From the IMG/VR virus record IMGVR_UViG_3300037243_000031, positions 1-44,936 of that record: a stretch of 44,936 nucleotides of DNA. One strand, 5' to 3'. A program made the translations under genes and the position numbers. Below, piece after piece: positions 16,412-24,540 of the stretch. Within the stretch, counting starts at the first letter, position 1. Every line of letters starts with the position of its first letter. The DNA comes from a virus. Lineage: Duplodnaviria > Caudoviricetes. The notes beneath the pieces are model-generated. The model did no database searches and had not been told where the DNA came from. It saw only the letters and a list, made by a program, of their open reading frames with translations.

Positions 16412-18526
16412 ATGAAGCGCCTTTATTGGGACTTAGAAACATTTTCGCCCGTTCCTATCAACAACGGGACTCACATTTACGCGGAGCAGGCGGAAGTCCT
16501 TTTGTTCGCTTATGCCGTTGACGAGGGTCCTGTTAATGTGTGGGACTTGACGGCGCACGTGTTGCCCCCCGCCAATCTATTGTCAGCATTAGAAGATGCC
16601 GACGAGCACTGGGGTACGAATATCGGAATGTTCGATAGGGTCGTTCTCAAGCACGCTCTCCCGGCCATTCTCGAACTGATGCCGCTGCGCAAGGCACGCG
16701 ACTTGATGGTTAAAAGTCTGGCGCACGGGTTGCCGGGTTCCCTGGCGTCGCTTTGCGAGATATTTAAGCTGAGCGACGATCTCGCGAAGGATAAGCGCGG
16801 CAAGCAGTTGATACAGATGTTTTGCAAATTACAAGCTAAAAACTCAAAGCTTCAGCGGAAGACGCGCGAGACGCACCCCGAAGATTGGGCCGACTTTATA
16901 AAGTATGCAGCATCGGATATCACTTCCGTTCGTGCGCTGCGCACAAAAGTTCCTAGTTGGAACTACGAACAAAACACCGCAGAACTGAATCTGTGGTTTC
17001 TCGATCAACGCATGAACATGGCGGGTATCTATGTCGATACAGAACTTGCGGAAGAAGCGATCCAAGCTGTCGAAGCTGCTCAATCAAACCTGGCGGAAGA
17101 AGTACATGAAGCCACGGGCGGTGAAGTCGACAGTGCCACGCAGCGCGATGCACTGCTCGCGTTTATTCTCCGGGAGCACGGAGTGTCACTGCCTGACATG
17201 CGATCCGATACTCTGGAACGACGACTATCAGATGTGTCTCTACCTGACGGGGTGCGTGACCTCATAGCTATCCGACTACAAGCGTCTACTTCTTCCGTAA
17301 GCAAATTCAAACGCCTAATCAAAGGCGTTAGCAGTGACGGTTATCTGCGCGGCCTAACCCAGTTCAACGGCGCCGCGCGCACGGGCCGAGACGCTCACCG
17401 GCTGTTCCAACCGGGCAACATGATGCGCCCGACGATATCGCAATCTGATATCGAGATCGGCATTGACGCGATCAAGGCGGGTTGCGCTGACCTGATCACT
17501 GACAACGTGATGGAGTTGACATCTAACACAATGCGCAGCGTGATCATCGCGCCGCCAGGTTACAAGATCGTCGTTTCGGACTTGGCTAACATCGAGGGGC
17601 GCGTTGCGGCGTGGGTCGCCGGCGAATTGTGGAAGCTCCAGGCATTTCGGGATTACGACACGATCTTGCAGGGGCTTGACGCCAAGGGCAAGCCGTTACG
17701 GAAGGGGCCGGACCTGTACGTTAAAGCCTACTCCGAATCGTTCCACGTGCCGCTCGACGCCGTTGACGGTAAGAAGAGGCAGATCGGCAAGGTAATGGAG
17801 CTCATGCTGGCTTACGGCGGGGGCGTAGGCGCCTTCCTGACGGGGGCCGCTACCTACGGCGTAGACTTAGATGAACTAGCCCGCGTAGGCCGTTCTGCGA
17901 TCCCTGACGCGACGTGGGCGGAGGCAGACAACTTCTGGGATTGGTCGGTAGACACGAAGCGAAGCACGTACGGCCTTTCGCACGACACGTTTTGTGTTTG
18001 CGATTCCATCAAGCGCTTGTGGCGCGCATCGAACCCGGCTATTTCATCATCGTGGCCGAAGCTGGAAAACGCAGCGCGCAACGCGATCAGCGAGCCGGGC
18101 CAGGACTTCCCGACTTGCCGCGTTACCTTTCGCCGTGACGGAAACTGGCTTCGCTGCATCCTGCCTAGCGGGCGGGCTTTGTGCTACCCGTCGCCGCGCG
18201 TGAACGACGAAGGGCAGATCAGCTACATGGGGCAGAACCAGTACACCCGCCAGTGGTCGCGGTTGACCTCGTATGGTGGTAAAATACTCGAAAATATCTG
18301 TCAGGCGATGGCGCGCGACGTGCTGTTCTACCGCCTACCGGATATCGAAGAAGCAGGCTACAGTGTGCGCGTGCGCATTCACGACGAGGTGATCACGTAC
18401 GCAAAAGACGGTTTGCTATGGGGCCACGCGCACCTGTCAGGCATCTTAGCGAAGCCGCACACTTGGGCGCCGGGTTTGCCGCTGGCCGCTGCCGGGTTCG
18501 AAGCGCAACGATATCGTAAGGACTAA
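16412..18526 (+). CDS. polA: family A DNA polymerase (SPO2/APSE-like)
   Basis: Exo I DLET; motif A SDLANIEGR; motif B RQIGKVMELMLAYG; motif C IHDE. Confidence 0.95.
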   Translation: MKRLYWDLETFSPVPINNGTHIYAEQAEVLLFAYAVDEGPVNVWDLTAHVLPPANLLSALEDADEHWGTNIGMFDRVVLKHALPAILELMPLRKARDLMVKSLAHGLPGSLASLCEIFKLSDDLAKDKRGKQLIQMFCKLQAKNSKLQRKTRETHPEDWADFIKYAASDITSVRALRTKVPSWNYEQNTAELNLWFLDQRMNMAGIYVDTELAEEAIQAVEAAQSNLAEEVHEATGGEVDSATQRDALLAFILREHGVSLPDMRSDTLERRLSDVSLPDGVRDLIAIRLQASTSSVSKFKRLIKGVSSDGYLRGLTQFNGAARTGRDAHRLFQPGNMMRPTISQSDIEIGIDAIKAGCADLITDNVMELTSNTMRSVIIAPPGYKIVVSDLANIEGRVAAWVAGELWKLQAFRDYDTILQGLDAKGKPLRKGPDLYVKAYSESFHVPLDAVDGKKRQIGKVMELMLAYGGGVGAFLTGAATYGVDLDELARVGRSAIPDATWAEADNFWDWSVDTKRSTYGLSHDTFCVCDSIKRLWRASNPAISSSWPKLENAARNAISEPGQDFPTCRVTFRRDGNWLRCILPSGRALCYPSPRVNDEGQISYMGQNQYTRQWSRLTSYGGKILENICQAMARDVLFYRLPDIEEAGYSVRVRIHDEVITYAKDGLLWGHAHLSGILAKPHTWAPGLPLAAAGFEAQRYRKD

Positions 18527-18528
18527 TC

Positions 18529-19044
18529 ATGTGGAAGGCAATACCCGGATGGGAAGGATTTTACGAGGTGTCGGACAAAGGCGAAATCCGTTCGGTAGAC
18601 CGGACGATAACTTTCTCTGACGGTCGCGTTCGAAGCTATAAGAGTAAGATCCGCGCGCAATGCAAAGATCAAGCCGGCTATATGAAAGTGACTTTGAAGG
18701 GAGCGGGCGCGGAGTTCAGGGTTCACGTCCATGTTCTCGTTACCGCCGCTTTCATCGGCCCACGCCCCTATAAATGGGTGGTGTGCCACGGAGACGGCGA
18801 TAACACGAACAACAAACTTGAGAATCTTCGTTACGGAACGCCAAAAGATAACGCGGCCGATTCACTCAGACACGGCACGCGAGCGCGCGGTGAAACGTGC
18901 GGGGCTTCGAAGATTACGGAAGAAAAGGTAAGAGAGATTCGGGCGACGCGGGGCACCATGGATGAACTGGCTGATCATTTCGGCATGAGCCGAACAGCCA
19001 TCTGGAACATACAGAACCGAAAAAGATGGGGTTGGCTACCTTGA
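18529..19044 (+). CDS. NUMOD4-HNH homing endonuclease
   Basis: WKAIPGWEGFYEVSDKGEIRS; VCHGDGDNTNNKLENLRYGTPKDN; C-terminal HTH. Confidence 0.92.
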   Translation: MWKAIPGWEGFYEVSDKGEIRSVDRTITFSDGRVRSYKSKIRAQCKDQAGYMKVTLKGAGAEFRVHVHVLVTAAFIGPRPYKWVVCHGDGDNTNNKLENLRYGTPKDNAADSLRHGTRARGETCGASKITEEKVREIRATRGTMDELADHFGMSRTAIWNIQNRKRWGWLP

Positions 19045-19078
19045 CATTCATTTCGCAACTGCTATAGTGGAGTCACAA
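19041..19078 (+). promoter_or_regulatory. promoter, repeated cassette copy 3
   Basis: TTGACA-16-TATAGT; 30 bp identical to 21879-21908. Confidence 0.8.
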
Positions 19079-19092
19079 CCAAGGAGGAAAAC

Positions 19093-19377
19093 ATGCAAGT
19101 GCTAACTCAAGCAGGCGTAAAGCTTCTAGAAGAGGCCATCAACAGCGCTGAAACATGGCGCGGTTCTATGATCGGAAACCCGGACCCCGAACCGTTAGCT
19201 AGTTTTGACGAAGAGATCGCGGCCATGCGCAAGGCAATCGCAGTCGTAAAGGAACAACAAGGCATTTTGCGAAAAGTTCGCCTCGGACTGCGTAAGCAAA
19301 ACACTAGCAGGGCTTACGTCCACTGCGAAGCACCGGAATACGGCTGCGTTGATATCCTCTCTTTCGAGTTATCTTAA
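19093..19377 (+). CDS. hypothetical protein
   Basis: AAGGAGG RBS after the promoter. Confidence 0.7.
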   Translation: MQVLTQAGVKLLEEAINSAETWRGSMIGNPDPEPLASFDEEIAAMRKAIAVVKEQQGILRKVRLGLRKQNTSRAYVHCEAPEYGCVDILSFELS

Positions 19378-19378
19378 A

Positions 19379-19555
19379 ATGTTTTCAAAAGACAACCGCC
19401 ATTACAGGGCAACGCCCCGTACGATAGCCCAAGCGTTCGGCCCCTACCACCGCTACGATATCGCGGTTTGCAAGAAGCACGAACGCCTGTGCGCGGTTAT
19501 CGGCGTCGTGATCGTCGGCGTGGTTTTCGGTTTACTGATTGGGTGGCGGGGATGA
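19379..19555 (+). CDS. small membrane protein
   Basis: C-terminal TM helix (AVIGVVIVGVVFGLLIGW); ATGA coupling. Confidence 0.6.
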   Translation: MFSKDNRHYRATPRTIAQAFGPYHRYDIAVCKKHERLCAVIGVVIVGVVFGLLIGWRG

Positions 19556-19842
19556 GAGAGCGCGACGTTGAGGCGTACTTCGTTAAGCGCGTGAAGGAGG
19601 CGGGGGGCTTGCAGCGTAAGTTCGCGAGCCCAGGCCACCGGGGCGTTCCTGATCGGATTGTTGGCTTTAAATACGAAAGATTTGCTTTTGTGGAGCTAAA
19701 AGCGACGGGTGAAGTGCCGCGCCCGGATCAGAGCCGCGAGCATTTAAAGTGGGCCGCGCTCGGTTTCGATGTTTTTATACTCGACTCCAAAGAAAGGGTC
19801 GACGACTTCATAGCGTACATGACGAGGTGGTTATGCTACTAA
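19552..19842 (+). CDS. VRR-NUC domain nuclease
   Basis: MRERDVE, GHRGVPDRIV, FVELKA, Q..EH. Confidence 0.9.
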   Translation: MRERDVEAYFVKRVKEAGGLQRKFASPGHRGVPDRIVGFKYERFAFVELKATGEVPRPDQSREHLKWAALGFDVFILDSKERVDDFIAYMTRWLCY

Positions 19843-19913
19843 TTATCTGCTTGATTGTGTGGGTCGCGCTTGCGGGCGCGGTGATTGGGTTTGTGTACGG
19901 TGCGGGGCGATAA
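19833..19913 (+). CDS. 26-aa membrane peptide
   Basis: MLLIICLIVWVALAGAVIGFVYGAGR; GAGGTG RBS; TAATG coupling. Confidence 0.45.
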   Translation: MLLIICLIVWVALAGAVIGFVYGAGR

Positions 19914-20122
19914 TGGTTCGGATAACTGATGGTCTGGATTGGCTTGATGCGCAACGGTACCGCTGGTTAATGGTTAACAAGGTCGGCATGGCCGACGCCT
20001 CCAGGGACGGTCCGGAGCATCCGCAGCTGTACATGTGCGCCGACCCCTGGAACGAAGACAAGTCGCGATCGCCCCGTGATCGCATCGAGGCGGCGATAGA
20101 TGCCGCCATTGCGGGGCGTTAG
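19913..20122 (+). CDS. hypothetical protein
   Basis: DAQRYRWL...IDAAIA motif common in phage early proteins. Confidence 0.65.
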   Translation: MVRITDGLDWLDAQRYRWLMVNKVGMADASRDGPEHPQLYMCADPWNEDKSRSPRDRIEAAIDAAIAGR

Positions 20123-21492
20123 TGGAACTTCGCCCCTACCAACGGCTGATCGTTCAGCACATTTTAGAAAAGGAGCGCTGCAATGCTTTTGTTCCGATGG
20201 GACTCGGTAAAACCGTATCGACTCTCAAAGCAATTGAAGCTTTTGCCTTATGTGACGACGGACCGACGCTTGTCCTCGCGCCGCTTCGCGTTGCTCAAAG
20301 CACCTGGCCTGACGAAGTTAAGAAGTGGAAGCTCGATCTCCCGATCACGCCGATTGTTGGGACCGCTTCGCAACGGGCCCAAGCTTTACGCGAGGATAGT
20401 GCGATCTTCACGACCAATTACGAGAACTTACCGTGGCTAATCGACTGGTTCAAGTACAACCCCCGCCCATGGCCGTTCAAGACGATCGTGGCCGACGAAG
20501 TGACAAAGCTAAAGGGCTTCCGCACGCGGCAAGGCACGAAGCGCGCGAAGGCCCTGGCGGAAGTTGCGCACAAGAAGGTGGATCGCTGGATTGGCTTGAC
20601 GGGCACACCTGCTCCGAATGGGTTGAAGGACTTGTGGGGGCCGATGTGGTTCGTCGATGGCGGCCAGAGGCTTGGGAAAAGTTTTACTGCTTTCTCCGAA
20701 AGGTGGTTTCGGAAAAGTCACGACGGATTCGGCCTTGACCCGCTCGCAACCGCCCAAGGCGAAATTGAAGCTGCGATTTCGGACGTTTGCCTAAGCCTCG
20801 ATGCGAAGGACTATTTCGACTTGAAAGAGCCGATTCGAAACAGAATCGAAGTGCAGTTGCCGGCGAAAGCCATGCGCCAGTATCGCGACATGGAAAAGAA
20901 GATGTTTCTCGAACTTGAGGGGCGTCTTGGGCCGGCAGAAGTAGAAGCGTTAAACGCAGCCAGCAAAACACAAAAGTGTTTGCAGTTAGCGAACGGCGCG
21001 ATCTACACCGACGAGGCACGCAACTGGACGGAGGTGCACGATGCGAAGATCAGCGCTCTCGACGACATTATCGAGGAAGCGGGGGGAGCGCCTGTCCTTG
21101 TGGCTTATCACTTCCGCCATGATCTTGTTCGTCTTTGCTCCGCTTTTCCTCGCGGCCGCGTGCTTGATGCCAATCCAGAAACTATTAGAGATTGGAACGC
21201 GGGGAAAATACCGATTCTGTTTGCTCATCCTGCTAGCGCTGGCCACGGTCTTAGTTTGCAGGACGGCGGCAATATCATCGTGTTCTTTTCAGTGAACTGG
21301 AACTTGGAAGAGCATCAACAGATCATCGAGCGGATAGGCCCGGTCAGACAGGCGCAATCCGGTCACAACCGTCCTGTTTTTATTCATTACATTCTCTCGC
21401 ACGACACGGTAGACCTTGACGTAATGGAGCGCTTGGAAACTAAAGCAAGCGTGCAGGATGTTCTAATGAAAGCTATGAAACGTCGAAAATGA
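20122..21492 (+). CDS. SNF2-like superfamily 2 helicase
   Basis: LRPYQ, MGLGKT, VADEV, LTGTP, SAGHGLSLQ, QIIERIGPVRQ. Confidence 0.93.
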   Translation: MELRPYQRLIVQHILEKERCNAFVPMGLGKTVSTLKAIEAFALCDDGPTLVLAPLRVAQSTWPDEVKKWKLDLPITPIVGTASQRAQALREDSAIFTTNYENLPWLIDWFKYNPRPWPFKTIVADEVTKLKGFRTRQGTKRAKALAEVAHKKVDRWIGLTGTPAPNGLKDLWGPMWFVDGGQRLGKSFTAFSERWFRKSHDGFGLDPLATAQGEIEAAISDVCLSLDAKDYFDLKEPIRNRIEVQLPAKAMRQYRDMEKKMFLELEGRLGPAEVEALNAASKTQKCLQLANGAIYTDEARNWTEVHDAKISALDDIIEEAGGAPVLVAYHFRHDLVRLCSAFPRGRVLDANPETIRDWNAGKIPILFAHPASAGHGLSLQDGGNIIVFFSVNWNLEEHQQIIERIGPVRQAQSGHNRPVFIHYILSHDTVDLDVMERLETKASVQDVLMKAMKRRK

Positions 21493-21875
21493 CCGAGATT
21501 AACACTTCACACCACTGCAAAAAGCAGTGGCTAAAGATCACGAAGAAACAGGAGAAAGTAATGATGAGTTTCGATGAGATGGAAAAGCGCATAGTTAAAA
21601 ACGAGTCGCGAATCAAGCAACTCGAAAAACACATCCACTACCCGCACAACGAAACGGCGATGAAGGAAGCCGCTGCTAAGGCACAAGCCCAAACCATTAT
21701 CAGCGAAGCCTACCCGCCGCCTATGCGTGCTGACACCGAAGCGATTCTCGCGCTGACGAAGTTCGCCAAGCGGTTACTGAACCCGGAAGATCTCGGCCAC
21801 GCGGTGACGTTCGAAGTGCGCCAGCTTGCGCGCCGCGCACTTGGGCTCCCGGAGGTTAAGGAGTATGACTTGTAA
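21489..21875 (+). CDS. hypothetical protein
   Basis: ATGA-coupled 128-aa ORF. Confidence 0.6.
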   Translation: MTEINTSHHCKKQWLKITKKQEKVMMSFDEMEKRIVKNESRIKQLEKHIHYPHNETAMKEAAAKAQAQTIISEAYPPPMRADTEAILALTKFAKRLLNPEDLGHAVTFEVRQLARRALGLPEVKEYDL

Positions 21876-21908
21876 TTCCATTTCGCAACTGCTATAGTGG
21901 AGTCACAA
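21870..21908 (+). promoter_or_regulatory. promoter, repeated cassette copy 4
   Basis: TTGTAA-17-TATAGT with TTTCGCAACTGC. Confidence 0.78.
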
Positions 21909-21922
21909 ACAACGAGGACATC

Positions 21923-22636
21923 ATGAAAACACAAATTGCGGCTTTGCTACTGGCGTTGCCGATCTTCGCGCACGCTGAAAGCTTCTTCCAGGTTGAAGTA
22001 GGCGCGGGCTTGGCGTCAGCTACGAAAGATGGCGACATCATGTACTACGACGAAGGTCTGCCCCATCACACGCCGATCAACGGCCCCGGCGCGCGTATCG
22101 GCCTGGTCGCCAACGTGGTCGAGGCTTCTACGAAGTCGTGGGTTCCCGGTGTGCGTTTGCACCTTGGATACACGTACTGGGGGTCAGAGTCGTGGTCCGC
22201 GACTGTCGGCGAGGACTTCAACGGAAACTACGGTTACAGCACACTAACCAAGAACTGCGTGAATACGTGCGGGCAAATTCGCACGTTCATCTCAGGCGGT
22301 TCGATGCACTCAGTGAACCTGACTGTCGAACCGTATTGGGATCTAGGCGGCGGATGGACCGTAGGCGCCGAAGCAGGGCCTGCGATTTACTTTGACCCGT
22401 GGTCGTCAGCGTTCGTCGCAAACGAGTCAGGACCGTTCGGGCCGGCCGGCAGCATCCAGCAGGTGTCGCACCACGTCGTTCCCGAACTCGGCGCCGTAGT
22501 CGGATTGTCGATCTCGAAAGGGCCGTTTTCGATCCGGTATAACTACCTGTTCGGGCGCAACCGATCAGCCGGCGGCAGCGATGTGCCGAGCGGCATTAAA
22601 GGCGCGCATTTGATAACCGCGAATTACACTTTCTAA
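21923..22636 (+). CDS. outer-membrane beta-barrel protein (moron-like)
   Basis: Sec signal peptide ending AHA, alternating beta-strand pattern, C-terminal ITANYTF BAM-type signature. Confidence 0.8.
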   Translation: MKTQIAALLLALPIFAHAESFFQVEVGAGLASATKDGDIMYYDEGLPHHTPINGPGARIGLVANVVEASTKSWVPGVRLHLGYTYWGSESWSATVGEDFNGNYGYSTLTKNCVNTCGQIRTFISGGSMHSVNLTVEPYWDLGGGWTVGAEAGPAIYFDPWSSAFVANESGPFGPAGSIQQVSHHVVPELGAVVGLSISKGPFSIRYNYLFGRNRSAGGSDVPSGIKGAHLITANYTF

Positions 22637-23094
22637 ACCAGAGCCGACAAGATCAACCGCAAATCATCGGGGTCGATCTTGTTAGCCGGTTCGCTCAGAT
22701 CCGCCAGCCATCTAGCCTCTTGCAGTGCCGCCGTTACCAGCTGCGAGCAAAACCAGGAGCCAACAGAAGACCAGTTGGCGTTCACCACGAACGCCAAAAT
22801 CCCCATCTTGTTGTATGGTTTGCCGATCTGCTCCCACATGAACTCATAGAACGCGCCAGCCTGCTCATCGGTAGCCGGCAGCACTAGCCGAAGTACTTTC
22901 GACTTCCCGACATAGTCAGCAGGGCGGATCTGAACACCCGCCGGCACGTTGCCGAGCATGTCGTTCCGAGCCCCCAGCAACGTACCGTCAGGCAAAACGG
23001 CGTCCACGTGGGAGTAGTCCCCGTGGCCGTAATACTTGATCAGGCCGGAACCGAGCCCCGAACCCTCAACGAATTGGAGAACGATCTCGGCCAC
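22633..23094 (-). CDS. permuted papain-like NlpC/P60 (YiiX/YaeF-type) enzyme
   Basis: His first (YSHVD), QIGKPY, then Cys (WFCSQLV). Confidence 0.8.
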   Translation of the reverse strand: MAEIVLQFVEGSGLGSGLIKYYGHGDYSHVDAVLPDGTLLGARNDMLGNVPAGVQIRPADYVGKSKVLRLVLPATDEQAGAFYEFMWEQIGKPYNKMGILAFVVNANWSSVGSWFCSQLVTAALQEARWLADLSEPANKIDPDDLRLILSALV

Positions 23095-23097
23095 GGG

Positions 23098-23424
23098 CTA
23101 GCTCGTCAGGCCAGTAGCGATAGTCGTCGGAGTCGGGGCGGGAGTAGCAGGCGCCAGCTTCGCAACGCCGACAGCGATCAGGGCCTGCACAACGCTTGCC
23201 AGCGTGGTGACGCTCGTGGATTCGATCGAGGGTAAAGTGGCTTGGAGTTGACCGAGCACGCCTACACCCTTCAGGAAGGCTGAAGCCGGGTTCGTCCATA
23301 CGGCCGGATTGTTCTCGATGTCCGTCAGCGTGGCGGAGACGATTGGCATAACCTGCACGACGGCGTTGTTCAAAAGCAGTTGGCCCAATTGTGCAAGTGC
23401 GGTGTCAACAGTGCTAGTAGTCAT
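23098..23424 (-). CDS. hypothetical amphipathic/hydrophobic protein in the lysis cassette
   Basis: 108 aa, no Cys, hydrophobic C-terminal helix. Confidence 0.65.
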   Translation of the reverse strand: MTTSTVDTALAQLGQLLLNNAVVQVMPIVSATLTDIENNPAVWTNPASAFLKGVGVLGQLQATLPSIESTSVTTLASVVQALIAVGVAKLAPATPAPTPTTIATGLTS

Positions 23425-23431
23425 AGTTTGC

Positions 23432-23629
23432 TCATTTTGAAGAGGGAAATGTAGGCGCAGATCGGTTTTGCCCGACTGCGTCTCCTATATGATAAAGGCC
23501 AAGGCCCAGTAGCGCGTCTCTGATACAAGAAACCAAGTCATTCGCGTTCGGAACTTTGAAGATGACCAGCGCCACCCATGTAAAGAACAGGACGGCACCG
23601 ACCCCGGCTTTCATGGTGTTTTCGTTCAT
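23432..23629 (-). CDS. putative holin
   Basis: 65 aa, one or two TM segments, ATGA-coupled to the endolysin. Confidence 0.55.
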   Translation of the reverse strand: MNENTMKAGVGAVLFFTWVALVIFKVPNANDLVSCIRDALLGLGLYHIGDAVGQNRSAPTFPSSK

Positions 23630-24060
23630 GGCGTATTGAACTCGTTTTCTTCGGCGATCCGCCGACGAAGCAAACCCGCAACCACTGCGCCGCCAGCTTG
23701 ATCCCACCTTTCGAACTGAAGCGCAGCAGCCGCGAAGTCTCCGGCATTCAGGTCTTTCAACAGTGTGGAGCTTTGAAAGTTGCCGCTCCCGACGTTGAAT
23801 GTAAAATCGACCAGTGCATTGAACTCGTTTTGCGTGAGCGCTACGACCACCGCGCCCCGCACAACACTGACCGCCCATTGGATATCAGCAGATAGCCAAG
23901 CCTCGGCTTGTGCTTGCGTGCAGGTCATTCCTTGCGTGACGCCTTCGGTATGGCCGTAGCCGATCGTGAGCACGCCACTAGAATCCTGATACGCGGTTAG
24001 CTGATAGCCTTCGAACTGCTCGGTGAGCCCCTGACCGGTGTACTCCAGCGAGTCGTTCAT
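23626..24060 (-). CDS. endolysin, GH24 (T4-like) lysozyme
   Basis: E-8x-D-5x-T triad EGYQLTAYQDSSGVLTIGYGHT; FTFNVG; GLLRRRIAE. Confidence 0.95.
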   Translation of the reverse strand: MNDSLEYTGQGLTEQFEGYQLTAYQDSSGVLTIGYGHTEGVTQGMTCTQAQAEAWLSADIQWAVSVVRGAVVVALTQNEFNALVDFTFNVGSGNFQSSTLLKDLNAGDFAAAALQFERWDQAGGAVVAGLLRRRIAEENEFNTP

Positions 24061-24251
24061 TTTCCGATAAACCCATGCGTTTTCGAGTAGGCGTACGCCA
24101 AGGCCGCGATAGCCAAGGACATGAGACCGCCGGCCGTCCACTTCCCAAACTGCGCCCACTGTTTGTCCAACCACTCAGTGAGTGCTTCCTTCATAGCGGC
24201 CTTCGCCTCTTCCCTCGTAAGCTGGCCCATAAAATACAGTACTCCGTTCAT
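24057..24251 (-). CDS. putative holin/antiholin (single TM)
   Basis: 64 aa, C-terminal TM, coupled to the endolysin start. Confidence 0.5.
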   Translation of the reverse strand: MNGVLYFMGQLTREEAKAAMKEALTEWLDKQWAQFGKWTAGGLMSLAIAALAYAYSKTHGFIGK

Positions 24252-24264
24252 CGTTCTGCCCCTT

Positions 24265-24540
24265 TTATGATGCGACCGCCGCGTCGGTGCTGTACACTCT
24301 CCATGCACCGTTGCTGTAGTAGACCGGTACCCCCGTCCCGGCGCCCGCTCCTTCGCCTACCTTACGTCCATTCGTGGCGTATGCCGTTTGGCCTGGCAAG
24401 GGATTCTTGCTCGGCAAATTCGCCACAAGGTAGTTGCCCTGATTTACAAACGTGTACAGCAGATTCAGCCAGCCCTGCCAGGCTGGCGAATCGAATTCTG
24501 ATCTCGGATCTGGCGGTGCGCCGAGTTGTCTAGCGGCCAT
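24265..24540 (-). CDS. small putative virion protein
   Basis: TGATG-coupled to the ATP-grasp gene; beta-rich C-terminus (GTGVPVYYSNGAWR) resembling fibre/needle tips. Confidence 0.55.
   Translation of the reverse strand: MAARQLGAPPDPRSEFDSPAWQGWLNLLYTFVNQGNYLVANLPSKNPLPGQTAYATNGRKVGEGAGAGTGVPVYYSNGAWRVYSTDAAVAS

Noticed and set aside
18529-19044. Group I intron or intein in polA
   Set aside because: The HNH gene starts after the polA stop, and polymerase motifs A-C are contiguous.
23066-23299. Nested o-spanin candidate
   Set aside because: No hydrophobic signal region or lipobox before its cysteines.
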